From positions 2,604,001 through 2,668,000 of the forward strand of contig NC_027218.1 in the NCBI RefSeq assembly GCF_000981445.1: a stretch of DNA of 64,000 bases, in the 5' to 3' direction. Position numbers and translations under genes: made by a program. Positions 1 to 11,198 of the stretch are shown piece after piece (within the stretch, counting starts at the first letter, position 1; every line of letters starts with the position of its first letter). The stretch is from Babesia bigemina (lineage: Eukaryota). The notes below the pieces were generated by a model. It was not told the DNA's origin. It ran no database searches and worked only from the letters and a program-made list of their open reading frames with translations.

Positions 1-267
1 CACATCACTCAATTATGTAGTGAGAAAGGAAGAGTGATAACTTGGAAATATGTGATAACGTTTCGCCCTCATATCAGCCCTTATCAGCGTCTGCACTACT
101 TATACACGACATAGACAACAGCGGACAAAGCGGCAAAAGCAGCACAGAATTTACCACATCCTGCCATAAGCTAATGCTGTCTCTGGAGACACAAACCAAC
201 ATAACGACCAACATGTACTGACAATTAAAGTGTGCCATTGCCAAATGGGTTACCAAATCCTAGCTAC

Positions 268-3111
268 TCATTCCTTGGAGTAATAGTTCTCAATCTGTAT
301 GGTAGACAGGACGATACCCTTAACGGTCACGCAGCGGCACTCCAAGGGCGGCATTTCGCGCAGCGTTTCTCCTGGTCCCATTTGCGAACCGTCGAACCGC
401 AAAATAACGAAGTGGTTGGACTGTGACGCTACTAACGAATTGCTGATGTTGTTTAGGTTGGTCACGTCTCCGTCCACGTAAACTTGGTTGAAGCAATCCG
501 GTGGATCCAGGACGTAGGGTGCTGGGCAGTAGAATGCCGCTTCCTTAGCAGCGTGGAGGTCTATATTGCAACCGATTTCTTGTCCGTTCTCAGCGTAGAT
601 TGTGGGTGTCTCAGGCTTGAACAATCCAGCAGACTCGTATGTAACGCCGCAGCCTTGCATGTATGGGTCGGTGGTCTCCACTAGCACTTGAACAACATTC
701 CACGTGTATCCTGTCGACAGTCCCATTATATTGTTAATGGGTTGCAGCGAACGGTCTGAACTGATCGCACTACCAGCAATTTCAGTAACGTCAGATTGTT
801 CGGGTTTCTTACCGCATACGAACGTCATGGGCACGTATTGTCTTTTCATGACATCTTTTGATACCAATACAGCGCCTCTACTCAATTTAATCTTCAATTC
901 ATTGACGCCCGCAGCTGTAGGCACCGATGCGACGTTCAAGTCCCCCGGATTGCTAGCAATGGAAAAGCTATGTGGCACTCTAACGAGCTCGTCTCCGTAA
1001 GGCGTATTCTTGATGGTGTAATGAAAAAGCGTAGATTGCTTTGGAAACCAAGACGTTTGTACATCATTATCATTCCCTACGTCCTCTTCGTCTATGATTA
1101 TGTCATCAGTACCAGCACAATACAAGACCAAATATGCCCCTGCATATACTGGAATGGAACTCGATGTTACGTCGTATAGCATAAGTCGATCTCGTGAGGT
1201 GGATCCCTCACTTGATAATCCAACCTCTTGCCAAGGTAGCAACATATAAGGAAGCACCACGTTGCGTCCGTCCTTATGGCGTACTCTATAATAACGATAA
1301 TCATCATAGTATGATTCCAAAGTAAGCCTGCTTTTTTCGAACCCACGTTGGTCGACACATATGCAGGCATAGGTTACGGCTCCATCGTCTAAATCAAGCG
1401 CGAAAACCTGGAATCCTCGAATAGTGAACGGCCCTGAACTTCGCACAGAATCGGGTAATAGCGCAATTTCATTGGAATGGAGATCGTATAATTCGGATGC
1501 GCAATTACTTGGCAAAAGCTCTTCGTCGGGCCTACAGCGGATCCCAGCATCCCAAACGCCAAGTCGCGAACGTTGAATGCATTGGTACGTTTCCCCAATA
1601 CCGTTTCCCATATATTTCGCTGAGCAATGTTTGAAGCTGATAACCGGATCAAACAAACTAGGCACCTCCCGGTCGCAACCAACGATACAGTACTCATGGG
1701 TAAAGGCGAAAGAGACATTGATGATCGCGCGTATCGGACCTAAGTTATATTTGTCTGTCGGTCTCAATAACCAATGAAACAAAAATGAGTTCACCCCTCT
1801 TCTTAAGGTGAGTGGTTTGTCTGCGTGGTACTTTAGCGTTACTACTCCCTGGGGTATCTGTGAAATATCTAGTTCAAGAGCATCACCAGCTAGGGCTCTA
1901 TTATACAATACCACATCGTAAATAGAAGCCTGATAGGTGTTTATATTTTGTTGCAGAAAATCCAAGTTCTGTGGTCGGAATTCAGTTTTGAACAAATACC
2001 TCGGTGGATTCCGCAAAACCGTAACAGCTTTAGAATCCTCTACATGTTCAATTGGGAACCGTATGGTCAGTATGCTGCCGGGATGAAGTAGCACAGAACA
2101 CCACGGACCACGAATTGCTGCCGTATGGTTGCGGAAAACCTTGCTGGTTATGTCGCATACGTGTTCTTTTTTCGAACGGATCTCTATCCTTGCCTTCACG
2201 TGACCTGTCTCAGCATCTATGCACCTGCATTCGCCTTTGAATGCGGGTAACGCCAAGCCATCGAAATACTGCACTAAAACCCATGGCTTATAGGTATTAA
2301 AGTGTCGATAAGAATATGGTAGAGGATCAATTATAGATTTGTCATTTTCATCCAAGAGAGACCTAAAACAATCACTAGGTTCAAGTCGACCCTCGCAAAC
2401 AAATCCAATACGCGCATTTGACATATAATCCGCCACACATGAACGGGTGCCAGTGGAGGTATCCTCACTAACCACGTTGTCCGGTGCAAAAAGCAGTGAG
2501 GGGCGACTCCCACAGCCTTGAAGCGGGAGATATGAGAGGCCTCTGTACATGTACACCACTCCCAATCCGTATCCCAGCTTTCTTATTTCACCTGTCAACG
2601 TGCCGCCGTGATTCCACGCAAATGTTTTTTTGGGGCGAATCACATTGAGGAGGTCAAGCTCTTCTTTAAGCGTATCACTCATAACTAGGTCTCGTGGACC
2701 ACAGATGAATACCAGCCGATCATCGGTGACAACAAACAGTTGTCGAGCTAACACGTCAAAGTGCAATTCCGTTTGCGACGGGTACGATTCTATCCTGAAG
2801 AGTTCATTCTCGGCTTCAGAGCGCACTACTTCGTAAAGCGGAACAGAGCGCAGTGCACCATTGCGACTTACGTAAGTGGTGAGGTGAGCATGCTCATCCG
2901 GCGTAGGTTGAGGGTGCCAAACATATTCTATACCATTCACTTCTCGTGGACATATAATAGGACTATAAGGAAACTGATTGAAATCCGTCGAGCAGGTGAT
3001 GAGAGGATAGTATGTCAGTGTTCTGTCCGGATCATTGAAATCACATATTGCTGCACGACTATATGCGATAGTCTGTAGAATGATCGCGCAGAAAGCCAAG
3101 GGATACTTCAT
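268..3111 (-). CDS. Secreted multi-domain 6-Cys (s48/45)-like protein, 947 aa
   Basis: Intronless ORF with N-terminal signal peptide (MKYPLAFCAIILQTIAYSRA). Three repeated Cys-patterned modules (GC...C...C...P.[D/N]C...C.C), e.g. YMQGCGV...GCNID...FYCPAPYVLDPPDCF...ECRC. No obvious C-terminal hydrophobic GPI signal. Confidence 0.7.
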   Translation of the reverse strand: MKYPLAFCAIILQTIAYSRAAICDFNDPDRTLTYYPLITCSTDFNQFPYSPIICPREVNGIEYVWHPQPTPDEHAHLTTYVSRNGALRSVPLYEVVRSEAENELFRIESYPSQTELHFDVLARQLFVVTDDRLVFICGPRDLVMSDTLKEELDLLNVIRPKKTFAWNHGGTLTGEIRKLGYGLGVVYMYRGLSYLPLQGCGSRPSLLFAPDNVVSEDTSTGTRSCVADYMSNARIGFVCEGRLEPSDCFRSLLDENDKSIIDPLPYSYRHFNTYKPWVLVQYFDGLALPAFKGECRCIDAETGHVKARIEIRSKKEHVCDITSKVFRNHTAAIRGPWCSVLLHPGSILTIRFPIEHVEDSKAVTVLRNPPRYLFKTEFRPQNLDFLQQNINTYQASIYDVVLYNRALAGDALELDISQIPQGVVTLKYHADKPLTLRRGVNSFLFHWLLRPTDKYNLGPIRAIINVSFAFTHEYCIVGCDREVPSLFDPVISFKHCSAKYMGNGIGETYQCIQRSRLGVWDAGIRCRPDEELLPSNCASELYDLHSNEIALLPDSVRSSGPFTIRGFQVFALDLDDGAVTYACICVDQRGFEKSRLTLESYYDDYRYYRVRHKDGRNVVLPYMLLPWQEVGLSSEGSTSRDRLMLYDVTSSSIPVYAGAYLVLYCAGTDDIIIDEEDVGNDNDVQTSWFPKQSTLFHYTIKNTPYGDELVRVPHSFSIASNPGDLNVASVPTAAGVNELKIKLSRGAVLVSKDVMKRQYVPMTFVCGKKPEQSDVTEIAGSAISSDRSLQPINNIMGLSTGYTWNVVQVLVETTDPYMQGCGVTYESAGLFKPETPTIYAENGQEIGCNIDLHAAKEAAFYCPAPYVLDPPDCFNQVYVDGDVTNLNNISNSLVASQSNHFVILRFDGSQMGPGETLREMPPLECRCVTVKGIVLSTIQIENYYSKE

Positions 3112-3996
3112 GATGAAAAATTTCGAGTTTATGATTTTTTATCATAAGTTGGATGGCAAGTGGAACGCATAGATAAGTTATTAGCCAAAATATGCCCCAA
3201 GAATATATTCTAACGGCATAAACTAAAACAATTTGTTGTTCGCCATATGAAAGTACACACAACACCACAGCAGCAGCTAGCTGTTCTGCTGCCTAGGAAA
3301 TTTCCCCAGCAAGTCTTAAGGGGAGCAACAAGGAATATGGCCAATGAATACGAGATGGGCTTTAAAATTCCTGTTTACAAAAATATCGTTGCGACACTTT
3401 CGAGTTATAAGAGGATGTTTGAACTGCATTTATATATACGGATATTTCTCACTGGATACGTGTCTTTAATGGCCTTTTGCTATTTGGGCCAGTAGTGCTT
3501 GCGTAGTCGTTGTAGGATTTTGGCTCTCATAAGATGAATTTAGCTGCCTGCAAATGATATTAACTTCTGGGACGTTTATGCAGATTTACTTCTATAAAAT
3601 ATTTGAACCATGAACAACATTTAATTCAAATACCCATAGGAGGCACCACATACACAGACCGCACAATGAACTAACCTTGTTCACCAACTGATCGAAACGG
3701 TTTATATTGCTATTGTATTTTATGAACCCCAGCAGGCCGAGTTCGGAGTATGGAGGCATGGCGGCTCCGTGTTCAATGCGATGTTGCTTCAGCTGCGCAT
3801 CCGTAAAACCAGATGTTGGAGAGCATAACGAATACCGAGACAAGGAGGTGCTTCTGCTCTGCAGAGGAGAATCGCTATGCTCCGAAGTGGTCGAGTTGCG
3901 AGCGCTCTTCGCGTTTGACGTCGCACCTACGATGGAGGACCAGTTGGATGCGGAGCACCGCTGACAGCAATCTCACAAGACGTTCTTACGCCTTAG

Positions 3997-5070
3997 GCGT
4001 TCCTGACCGACGACTGGAACTCCACCTTCGAGACTCATCTCTTCGACCCGTGCAACCTGTGCCACAAGAGCAGAGTGATGATGGGATTCAGGATGGAGGA
4101 TTTGCCTGAGAAGTCACAAAATGGTGGCACAATTTCCAGCATCCTCTCTCCCAGCTGCGCCGGCGATGACCCCTTGTTGACCTTGTCCTCCTACCTAAAC
4201 TGCCTCACCAGGCGGACGCCGCGCACCACCGGGGAGCTTGTGTCGTACTTCCATCATTTTGGCATGGAGTTGCACAATTATGCGTCAAAGTCATTGTCTC
4301 CACTGGGCTCATCCCTCTCCACTCCACATCCCGACTGCCCCGACTGGGACCATCTCAAGAACTCGGACCTCCAAGCTGTCAGTGGCATCCGAGGCTCCGA
4401 GTCCCTCATATCCAAACACAACTCCAGCCACGACAATGACCATCCCCGTACCCTGTCCACACTGGTCGGCTGCGGTAGTGACCCTGACAACTGCCTTCCG
4501 CATTGCTCGCCCATCACCTACCGGGCATATGCCCTGTACTCCCAGACCTTCTCCCACACCTACCTCAGCTGGACGGTGTACCTGCCGGACTTACTGCGGG
4601 AGTCACTCGAAAAACTACATTATGATCTCAAGAAGCATGCTTATGCCAAGTGCCCGTCCCTCCACCTGTGTTCCACTGCCCCGCCCCTCCTCTACTTACA
4701 CGGGTTCACGCCGCCGGAGGTGGGATCGCAGCCGAAGCTCACGTGCTCTGATATCATTTCTAAGCTGAAGGAAATTGTCAACGGTGGGCCTATCGCATCA
4801 CTCATGACCGCCATGGACAATTTCCTCTACGGCATCCGGGAGCCATTCATCTTCACACTCGTGGCACTGTGGTCTCTCGCATTCCTCATCTTCGCCAACA
4901 CGATGGTATACCGCCTGGACATACTCCACATCCGATCACACCTTATCCGCACCAAGGCGTCTCACCGTCTCGACGTCAAGGCCTTACTCACGAAAGGCCG
5001 GAAGATGCTCTCACTTTACAAGGACGTCGACTATTTCGACGAGGACCCCATTGGTCAACTTGTTCTTTAA
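3997..5070 (+). pseudogene. 5'-truncated ves/VESA1-like gene (C-terminal domain, TM and tail only)
   Basis: The frame of ORF 4075-5070 extends back to AFLTDDWNSTFETHLFDPCNLCHKSRV, directly after an in-frame TAG at 3994-3996. It is highly similar to the last ~355 aa of the 21747-26711 protein, and both end KDVDYFDEDPIGQLVL. No long upstream ORF. Confidence 0.7.
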
Positions 5071-5254
5071 TAATCATTACCTCATTCATCTAGTCATTAC
5101 TTGCCGTGTGATGGATCGCACTACAGCACTAGTGGTTAGTTGTTACTGCGACCTTTACGGCACCGTGGTGAGAGAAAAGCGTGACTGCTTCCAGGCACAA
5201 CTATGCACATGTAGCCCAATTAAGAGACAACTGAATCAGGTAAGCTGAGTTGTG

Positions 5255-7200
5255 AGTTACCTGTGAGAGATGCCTACGGCATCTCGCCTGGCCAGTGCTG
5301 TAAAACTGGGTGATTGGTCATCAACGTAGGCCACTGAATAGGACCACATTAAGTCACTTATATCGTATGTTATGAGTGGTTGACATGGTATCATCGCGTG
5401 CGCCTCTATTCAGTGTCACCGGGACTGTGACGTGATGGCCAATGGACGGCGAGGTTGTGACATTGATGGTAATAGTGCAAATGAGAGAGATGCTGATGAG
5501 GCAGTGTAGCTCACTCGGTCACTCATTAAAATACAAATGTGACAACAATTATAATTGGCACTTCCAACGTCATACTGTCCTTGATGGATGGAGTTGACTG
5601 CGCAACTGCTACCGGTTGACCTGCATGCCACGGTCAGGATGGTATCAACATGCTTTAGCTTGGTTGTACTTCAGTTGTGGTAGCTGCATAGTAGTGATGT
5701 GACTGGCGGTGCTTCGGATGGCGGTCACCCGGTTGGTTATGGAGCCGATGAGAGACGGCGTCAGTGTTGGAGGCTGAAGTAAGTGTTTCATGGTTTTGTA
5801 GGTTGAGGGGGAGTGCCCTTGGCTGAACTGAGTGGTTTATGTTTGCAGGTTGAGGGGACTGGGAGGGGAAAGGGAAGATGTCGGGGTTTAGTTGGCGACA
5901 GTGTACGTGTGGTAAGAATTGTAGTTATCCTAATTGTTATTGTTGTCCTTGGTGTTGTGTTGAGTGTACCAAACGTGTTGACAGTTGCGGTGGATGTTGG
6001 TTAAATCGCTTTAAGCGCCAAAATAACAGCGATCCCACCTACAAATGCGGCACTGAGGAATGTAAGATTGAATGTCCTGACTTTACCAAATGTCCGTGTA
6101 AATGTTGTAAAAAGAAATGTGAAGCGGCGGGTGACACCTGCAAAGCCCCCGGTCCACAGCTTTCCCTTTCTTCCTCCGGTCCTCAGTCTGAGTCCGTCAG
6201 TCAAGCGCTGTCGTCCGGTCCTCCCGCTGAAGAAAGTTCCTCTGGCGTCTCTGATACAGAAAATCCCCCCGGTGCTTCCTTTTCCCCTAACCCCCAAGCC
6301 ATCGCCGCCGTCATCGTTGCCATGATCGTCGGCATCATCCTGCTCGACCTGTGCATCTTCCGCTTCCCGGTGGGCCGCAACATCCGCGATTTCCTCGTCC
6401 GCAAGATACCCTTCTGCATCGCGTTCTACAGCTAAACTATGCAATTCGTTAGCGCAAACATCGTATTCTATATCCCTATGATCAGTTAACTGCCAACTAC
6501 ATCTAATATGCTAGACAATATAATGATCGCGTTGATGACCAAGCACATGAGCAGTGAGGTGACCTATCACCTGATCAATGCCGTGACCTACCACCTGACC
6601 AGAGTGATGACCCTAACGTCAACCTTAATTTCGTCAATGCGTTGTCACGTTGGATACTTGTGAGAGTTGGCTACGTCATCTCACTGTGAAGCTGAGTAAT
6701 TGGCTACCGAAGTAGGCAGCTTCTGAGTGCCATGCTAGATGAGTAATTGTGTAATTCCAGGGTTACTAGTTGAGATGACAGCAATAGGATCCACCGGGTT
6801 GTGACGTGATGGCCAATTGATGGCGAGGTTGTGACATTGATGGTAATAGTGCAAATGAGAAACACGATAACTAAGTAATCTGGTTCACTTAGGCACTCAT
6901 TATGACAGAAATGTTACAGCAGTCTTAGTCACTGCCAACGTTGCACGGTCCGTGATGGATAGAGTCGACTGCGCAACTGCTACCGGTTGAACTGCATGCC
7001 AGTGCTAGGATACCGTCCACATGCGTTAACTCGGTCGTAGTTTTGTTTTGATAGTTACAAAGTCGTTATGTGACTTACTGTGCTCTGGAAGGCCCTCACC
7101 TGGCTGGTTGTGGAGCCGATGGGAGACGGCAGTGTCTGGCTGAAGTATGTGTTTCATGGTTTGGGCAGGTTGATGAGGGGTGAGGGAAGGGAAGATGAGT
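5255..7200 (+). repeat. Tandemly duplicated upstream module preceding the Cys-rich genes (~5255-5877 and ~6655-7194)
   Basis: Shared blocks such as gtgacgtgatggccaat..ggcgaggttgtgacattgatggtaatagtgcaaatgaga and gactgcgcaactgctaccggttga.ctgcatgcca occur at ~5425-5630 and ~6800-7000. A third copy is on the minus strand at ~21180-21400. Confidence 0.8.
5878..6435 (+). CDS. Small Cys/Lys-rich protein with C-terminal TM (family member A1), 185 aa
   Basis: Cys-dense N-terminal half (CYCCPWCCVEC, CPCKCCKKKC), Ser/Pro linker, TM AIAAVIVAMIVGIILLDLCIF, basic tail. C-terminus nearly identical to 20394-20948. Confidence 0.8.
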   Translation: MSGFSWRQCTCGKNCSYPNCYCCPWCCVECTKRVDSCGGCWLNRFKRQNNSDPTYKCGTEECKIECPDFTKCPCKCCKKKCEAAGDTCKAPGPQLSLSSSGPQSESVSQALSSGPPAEESSSGVSDTENPPGASFSPNPQAIAAVIVAMIVGIILLDLCIFRFPVGRNIRDFLVRKIPFCIAFYS

Positions 7201-7593
7201 GAAGAGTGTATTTGCCGTGAAGGCGTTGTAAAGTGTGAGAGCAGTACTTGTATATGCTGTCTCTCATGTTGTGAAGTATGCGAGACACAACGTTGCACGC
7301 AATGTGCCGTGACGAAGTTACCCAGCGTACGCGAACTTAAATGTATGCGTGAAAACTGTGAAAAGGTATGTAAACCGAAGCGGGGCGATACTTGTGAGTG
7401 TGGATGTTGTGGTAACGAATATATACGCAGTGATAGCGTTGCCCTTAATTCCCCTAGCACAGGCTCTTCCGAAAGTGTCACTGTTCCCCTAATAATCGTT
7501 TTCGTCATGCTAATAATCATCGTCATAGGCGTTATGAGCGTCTTTCGCATTCGGCCGTTTCACAAGGTTCGCGATTGTTTCTCCCGCAGATGA
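7195..7593 (+). CDS. Small Cys/Lys-rich protein with C-terminal TM (family member B1), 132 aa
   Basis: ATG at 7195 in the family context gggaagATG. CICCLSCCEVC...CECGCC, TM LIIVFVMLIIIVIGVMSVF, tail RIRPFHKVRD shared with 29956-30444. Confidence 0.75.
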   Translation: MSEECICREGVVKCESSTCICCLSCCEVCETQRCTQCAVTKLPSVRELKCMRENCEKVCKPKRGDTCECGCCGNEYIRSDSVALNSPSTGSSESVTVPLIIVFVMLIIIVIGVMSVFRIRPFHKVRDCFSRR

Positions 7594-8107
7594 ACGGTTT
7601 CCATAGCACCCATCAATCAACTCCGCCGATTTGTATTATCGCACATAGGACACCTTACTTTAGACTAACGGCACAATGCTCATCTGATAACGTATTCTCG
7701 ATCGTTTCATAATTACTCATCGTAAGGTGCCCGGTGAGACGTTCACGAATGAAGTGGAAACAGCACCGAATGCGCATTGGCATATTGAATGGGCTTGACC
7801 ACGGTGACACGTTGTGATACGGCCGTTTCTACACGCTCTACGTCTGCTCGAACAAAATATCATATCCCTACGTGTAATATTATTCACCATTGATGAGCGT
7901 CACATCGAGCCCAGTGCCTAGCTCACTCAGCTACCCAGCACCAACCTAATATCGCATGTAGTGAACGTTCTCATTGCCCAATTTGTGTTGTAGCACCTTT
8001 TATGCTAAGGTTTAGCGGAATCAGCAGGCGCCATCGGTTGACTGTGAAAGTGAGTGGTAGGCCATCCACTTTGGCAGAGTAGCATCAGAGACGTGGCAAG
8101 TAGTTAC

Positions 8108-8950
8108 CTATTGTGCGATTGCATGGCAAACTATAGGCATGGGCATTGCCTGTGCCGCGTTCATTCCTCCATAGAGGGATATATTTTCGTTTAGCATTCG
8201 ACAAATTGCACGGCTACTTAAATGGCTGCAAGACTCCATACAAGTGACCTCTCGCAGCTTCAGCTTATTAGATATTGCAGTTTGCATGTTAAAAAACACA
8301 CATGGCGCTATTGTCCACACGTCGATGGCATGTACGCACTGCCGTTTTCATCCCACGATGAGAAGCGAATGGGAGAACAGGTTGTACCAGGCGCAACGAC
8401 AGCAACAATGTGAAGCCACCAGCCAATAGGCACCGAGAATTCCACAACTGGAGCTTATGAGGCTACACAATGAGATGCCAAAGATCATAACCGCAGCAAT
8501 CGGGGAATACAGAAGGCTACACAAAGAGAAGATGGACAAGGATGAGCAAAGTAAACGCGTATAACTTATGCCAAATAAAATCGCCAGAACACGCACATTA
8601 AAATATGTATATACGTAAATTTTATACACACCGATGAAAAGAACGATTAAAAAGGCGCCACGGATATCTACACAGTATGGGCACCCAGCGCGAGCCGCAG
8701 ATAAAACCGAAACTTAGGGGTGTGTATTCTCCGCCGCTGGCACATAAACAAATCCTACTATAACACTGATGACACGGTACAATGTTTGAACGTATTTTAG
8801 CTGTACGGGCGTACTCCTTGGTCATGCAAACGTGGGGATTGGTCTCTGGACTCCGGCACAGTAACGATCCAGTCCTTGCCCATAATACACATTTGATTTC
8901 TGGAAGACCGAGATTTGTGGGCAGATAAAACGGCGTTGAGTTCGCCCATA
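8108..8950 (-). CDS. Hypothetical multi-exon multi-pass membrane protein (boundaries uncertain)
   Basis: Successive hydrophobic segments on the minus strand (IRGAFLIVLFIG, LLCSSLSIFSLCSLLYSPIAAVMIFGISLCSLISSSCGILGAYW). Exon structure not fully resolved. Confidence 0.3.
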
Positions 8951-9403
8951 GTGACGGGATCCGCCGCCCTGCGCCCAAATCCTTCTGCTTGTTTCGTCGA
9001 ACATAGCAGTCTCACGTGCCGCCGAAGTCAAATCAAAGGCACACTCATTTATAATTAAATTGAGATGCAATTTTATCACCATCGGGAAATTCGATAGCTA
9101 GCATCGCTATCCTTCGACAGTCTCTCGACCGCAGGATTATTTACGACCACGTCATTTCGTTCCTCCTCGTAGGTGTGTTTCGGCAGTGTGTTCTTCATTT
9201 TCGAGTCACATCGTGCTGTAGATTAGGACATGTATATATACTGCAAAGTTGCGTCAAGAGAAGGCTGATTTGCAGGGATTGTATTATTCACCATCGGCAT
9301 GATACATGTGCAAGGTTTTGCCGTGATATAACAAATTCAGGAGTCTGTGCTGGATATATATCCGGAAGTTTGAGGCCTCTTTGTAGCGATCAATTAGTTA
9401 AAG

Positions 9404-10246
9404 ATGGCAGCGGAGTCCGGGAGTGCGATAGGCAGTGGAGGTGGAAGTGTCAGCAGCCAGAGGATCAAGATCGTTCTTCTTGGCGAGCAAAACACGGGGA
9501 AAACGTCTATTGTGACGCGTTTTGTGTATGACCACTTCGTACCGGCTTATGCTGCCACCATAGGTATTGACTTCCTTTCCAAAGTCGTTACCGTCAATGG
9601 CAAGACCATGCGTTTGCAGTTGTGGGACACTGCCGGCCAGGAGCGCTTCCGTACGCTGATGCCTAGCTACATTCGCGACTCTAGCGCCGCCATTGTCGTC
9701 TACGACATCACTAGCCGCGAGTCCTTTGACAAGGTGGGCGACTGGATCAAGGACATTAAGGAGTTGCGTGGTGACAAGGCGGTCATCGTACTAGTTGGTA
9801 ACAAGACCGACCTGCTCGACAAGAGGAAGGTATCCTACGACGAGGGTGAAGAGCAGGCTAAGAAGTTTGGATGCCTGTTCTGCGAGACCAGTGCCAAGAA
9901 TGGCGACAACATCAACGATCTATTCAACCCGATAGCTACTGAGCTTCTCAAGAACATGGAACCGGTGCCCGTGAATGACAAACGTAAGTTTTTTGCACCT
10001 TGGCACATGTTGCACGTACGATCTACGCATCGATTGATCCTTCGGCAACCCATGTAGTGTGTACGATTGTGATTGTCGGTCTCGTTGGGCCGCCTCTGCG
10101 ATGTTACATATTTATACACCCGAACCTTTAACAATTATGCAGTCGTTGACATCGACTTGAAGGCCAGCAACGAGGAGGCTCCCAACAATTGCGCCGACCG
10201 TACCAAGAACACCTACCTGACCATTACGAAGAGGTGTACCGGCTGA
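9404..10246 (+). CDS. RAB6: Rab6 GTPase (exons 9404-9983, 10143-10246)
   Basis: GEQNTGKTS, YAATIGIDFLSK, RLQLWDTAGQERFRTLMPSYIRDSS, NKTD and ETSAK motifs. GT-AG intron gtaagt...tatgcag; second exon reads VDIDLKASNEEAPNNCADRTKNTYLTITKRCTG*. Confidence 0.93.
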
Positions 10247-10297
10247 AGTACCGAAATTTCGCGCCGTCATATGACGGTCTAAATTCTGAAATCGTAG

Positions 10298-11198
10298 ATG
10301 CTTTTTCGTTTGTTGTACACCGCCGTCTTGGTTGCGCGTTGGAGCGTGTTTGCTTCGGCCGGTGCGGTCGCGCGGCCGTCCCGCGCCTTCATTTTGGCAG
10401 CAGGCCGTGATCTTCCACCCTGTACAAGGTTGAGACACCGTCAAGGAGGCGCATCATTCGGTGGCGTGGCGGTTAGGAAGGCTGAACGCCCTTTTGAAAT
10501 ACGTTCTTTGAATAGCGATACCGCCTCCATCTTGGACAGGAGTTCGAATGCGTTGTACGAGACGCTTTCCCAAGGCAGCTATGCCTCTCCCGTTGAGTGT
10601 CTGGCAGCATCGGCTGCATATGTGTTGCCTTTGATGGACGCGGTGGAGGTAGGTCGTTGCATGTAAGCTTATCATCTGCCATTAGAATTTTGGGGGGGTT
10701 GTTAAACCGCACGTTCCTCCTTTGGCGCAAGATGCTCTACAGGGTATTCACCGATTATCGCAATTCTACACACAAGTGCCTTTTCTTTCCTACACGATGT
10801 CGACACTGATCTACTCCAGCTTAGTGAAGAAGAACCAGTTGAATACGTCGTACTTTGTTCGTTACCACTTCCTCCAGGTATTTGAATAATGAGTTAACGC
10901 TAACTTTCTTCAGTCTCTAATTTTATCGTCTTTCCAAAATGCGCTTGCTATGTTTTACTTCAAGCTGCTTCCCATAGACGCCTCGTCGCAGGACTTCGTA
11001 TCCGTTGTTTGTATGATGTCCGCAGTGATGAGCTCATTTGGAGCCGTGTTCTACTGCGTTTTCCATGCGATAATTGGACGTTTCGCTGCGCTTCCCATAA
11101 TTTCGGATGCCGTGCAGCTGCACATCGGAGAGATACCCTCTAACGAGATTTTGAAGAGGCGCACCACAGATACGGATTCGGCTATTGCAATGCGCTGA
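10298..11198 (+). CDS. TIC20: Apicoplast Tic20-like inner-membrane translocon protein (3 exons)
   Basis: Signal peptide plus Arg-rich transit-like leader. Tic20/Ycf60-type motifs ECLAASAAYVLPLMDAVE, YFVRYHFLQSLIL and GRFAALPIISDAVQLHI. Two short GT-AG introns (~10649-10686, ~10878-10913) keep the frame open. Confidence 0.8.

Larger units (their letters stand above)
3997..6565 (+). repeat. Segmental duplication copy 1 (ves 3' part + intergenic + Cys-rich gene), inverted relative to 20265-22823
   Basis: Coding and non-coding blocks match the reverse complement, e.g. gtcattacttgccgtgtgatggatcgcactacagcactagtggttagttg and gttagcgcaaacatcgtattctatatccctatgatca. Confidence 0.85.

Noticed and set aside
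6001..6444. Antisense ORF conserved between duplicates (also 20385-20804)
   Set aside because: Its conservation is explained by the near-identical sense-strand TM/tail coding sequence.
5255..7200. Repeated intergenic modules as a possible transposon, LTR or CRISPR-like array
   Set aside because: No terminal repeats, target-site duplications, transposase/RT ORF or regular repeat-spacer periodicity; better explained as duplicated gene flanks.
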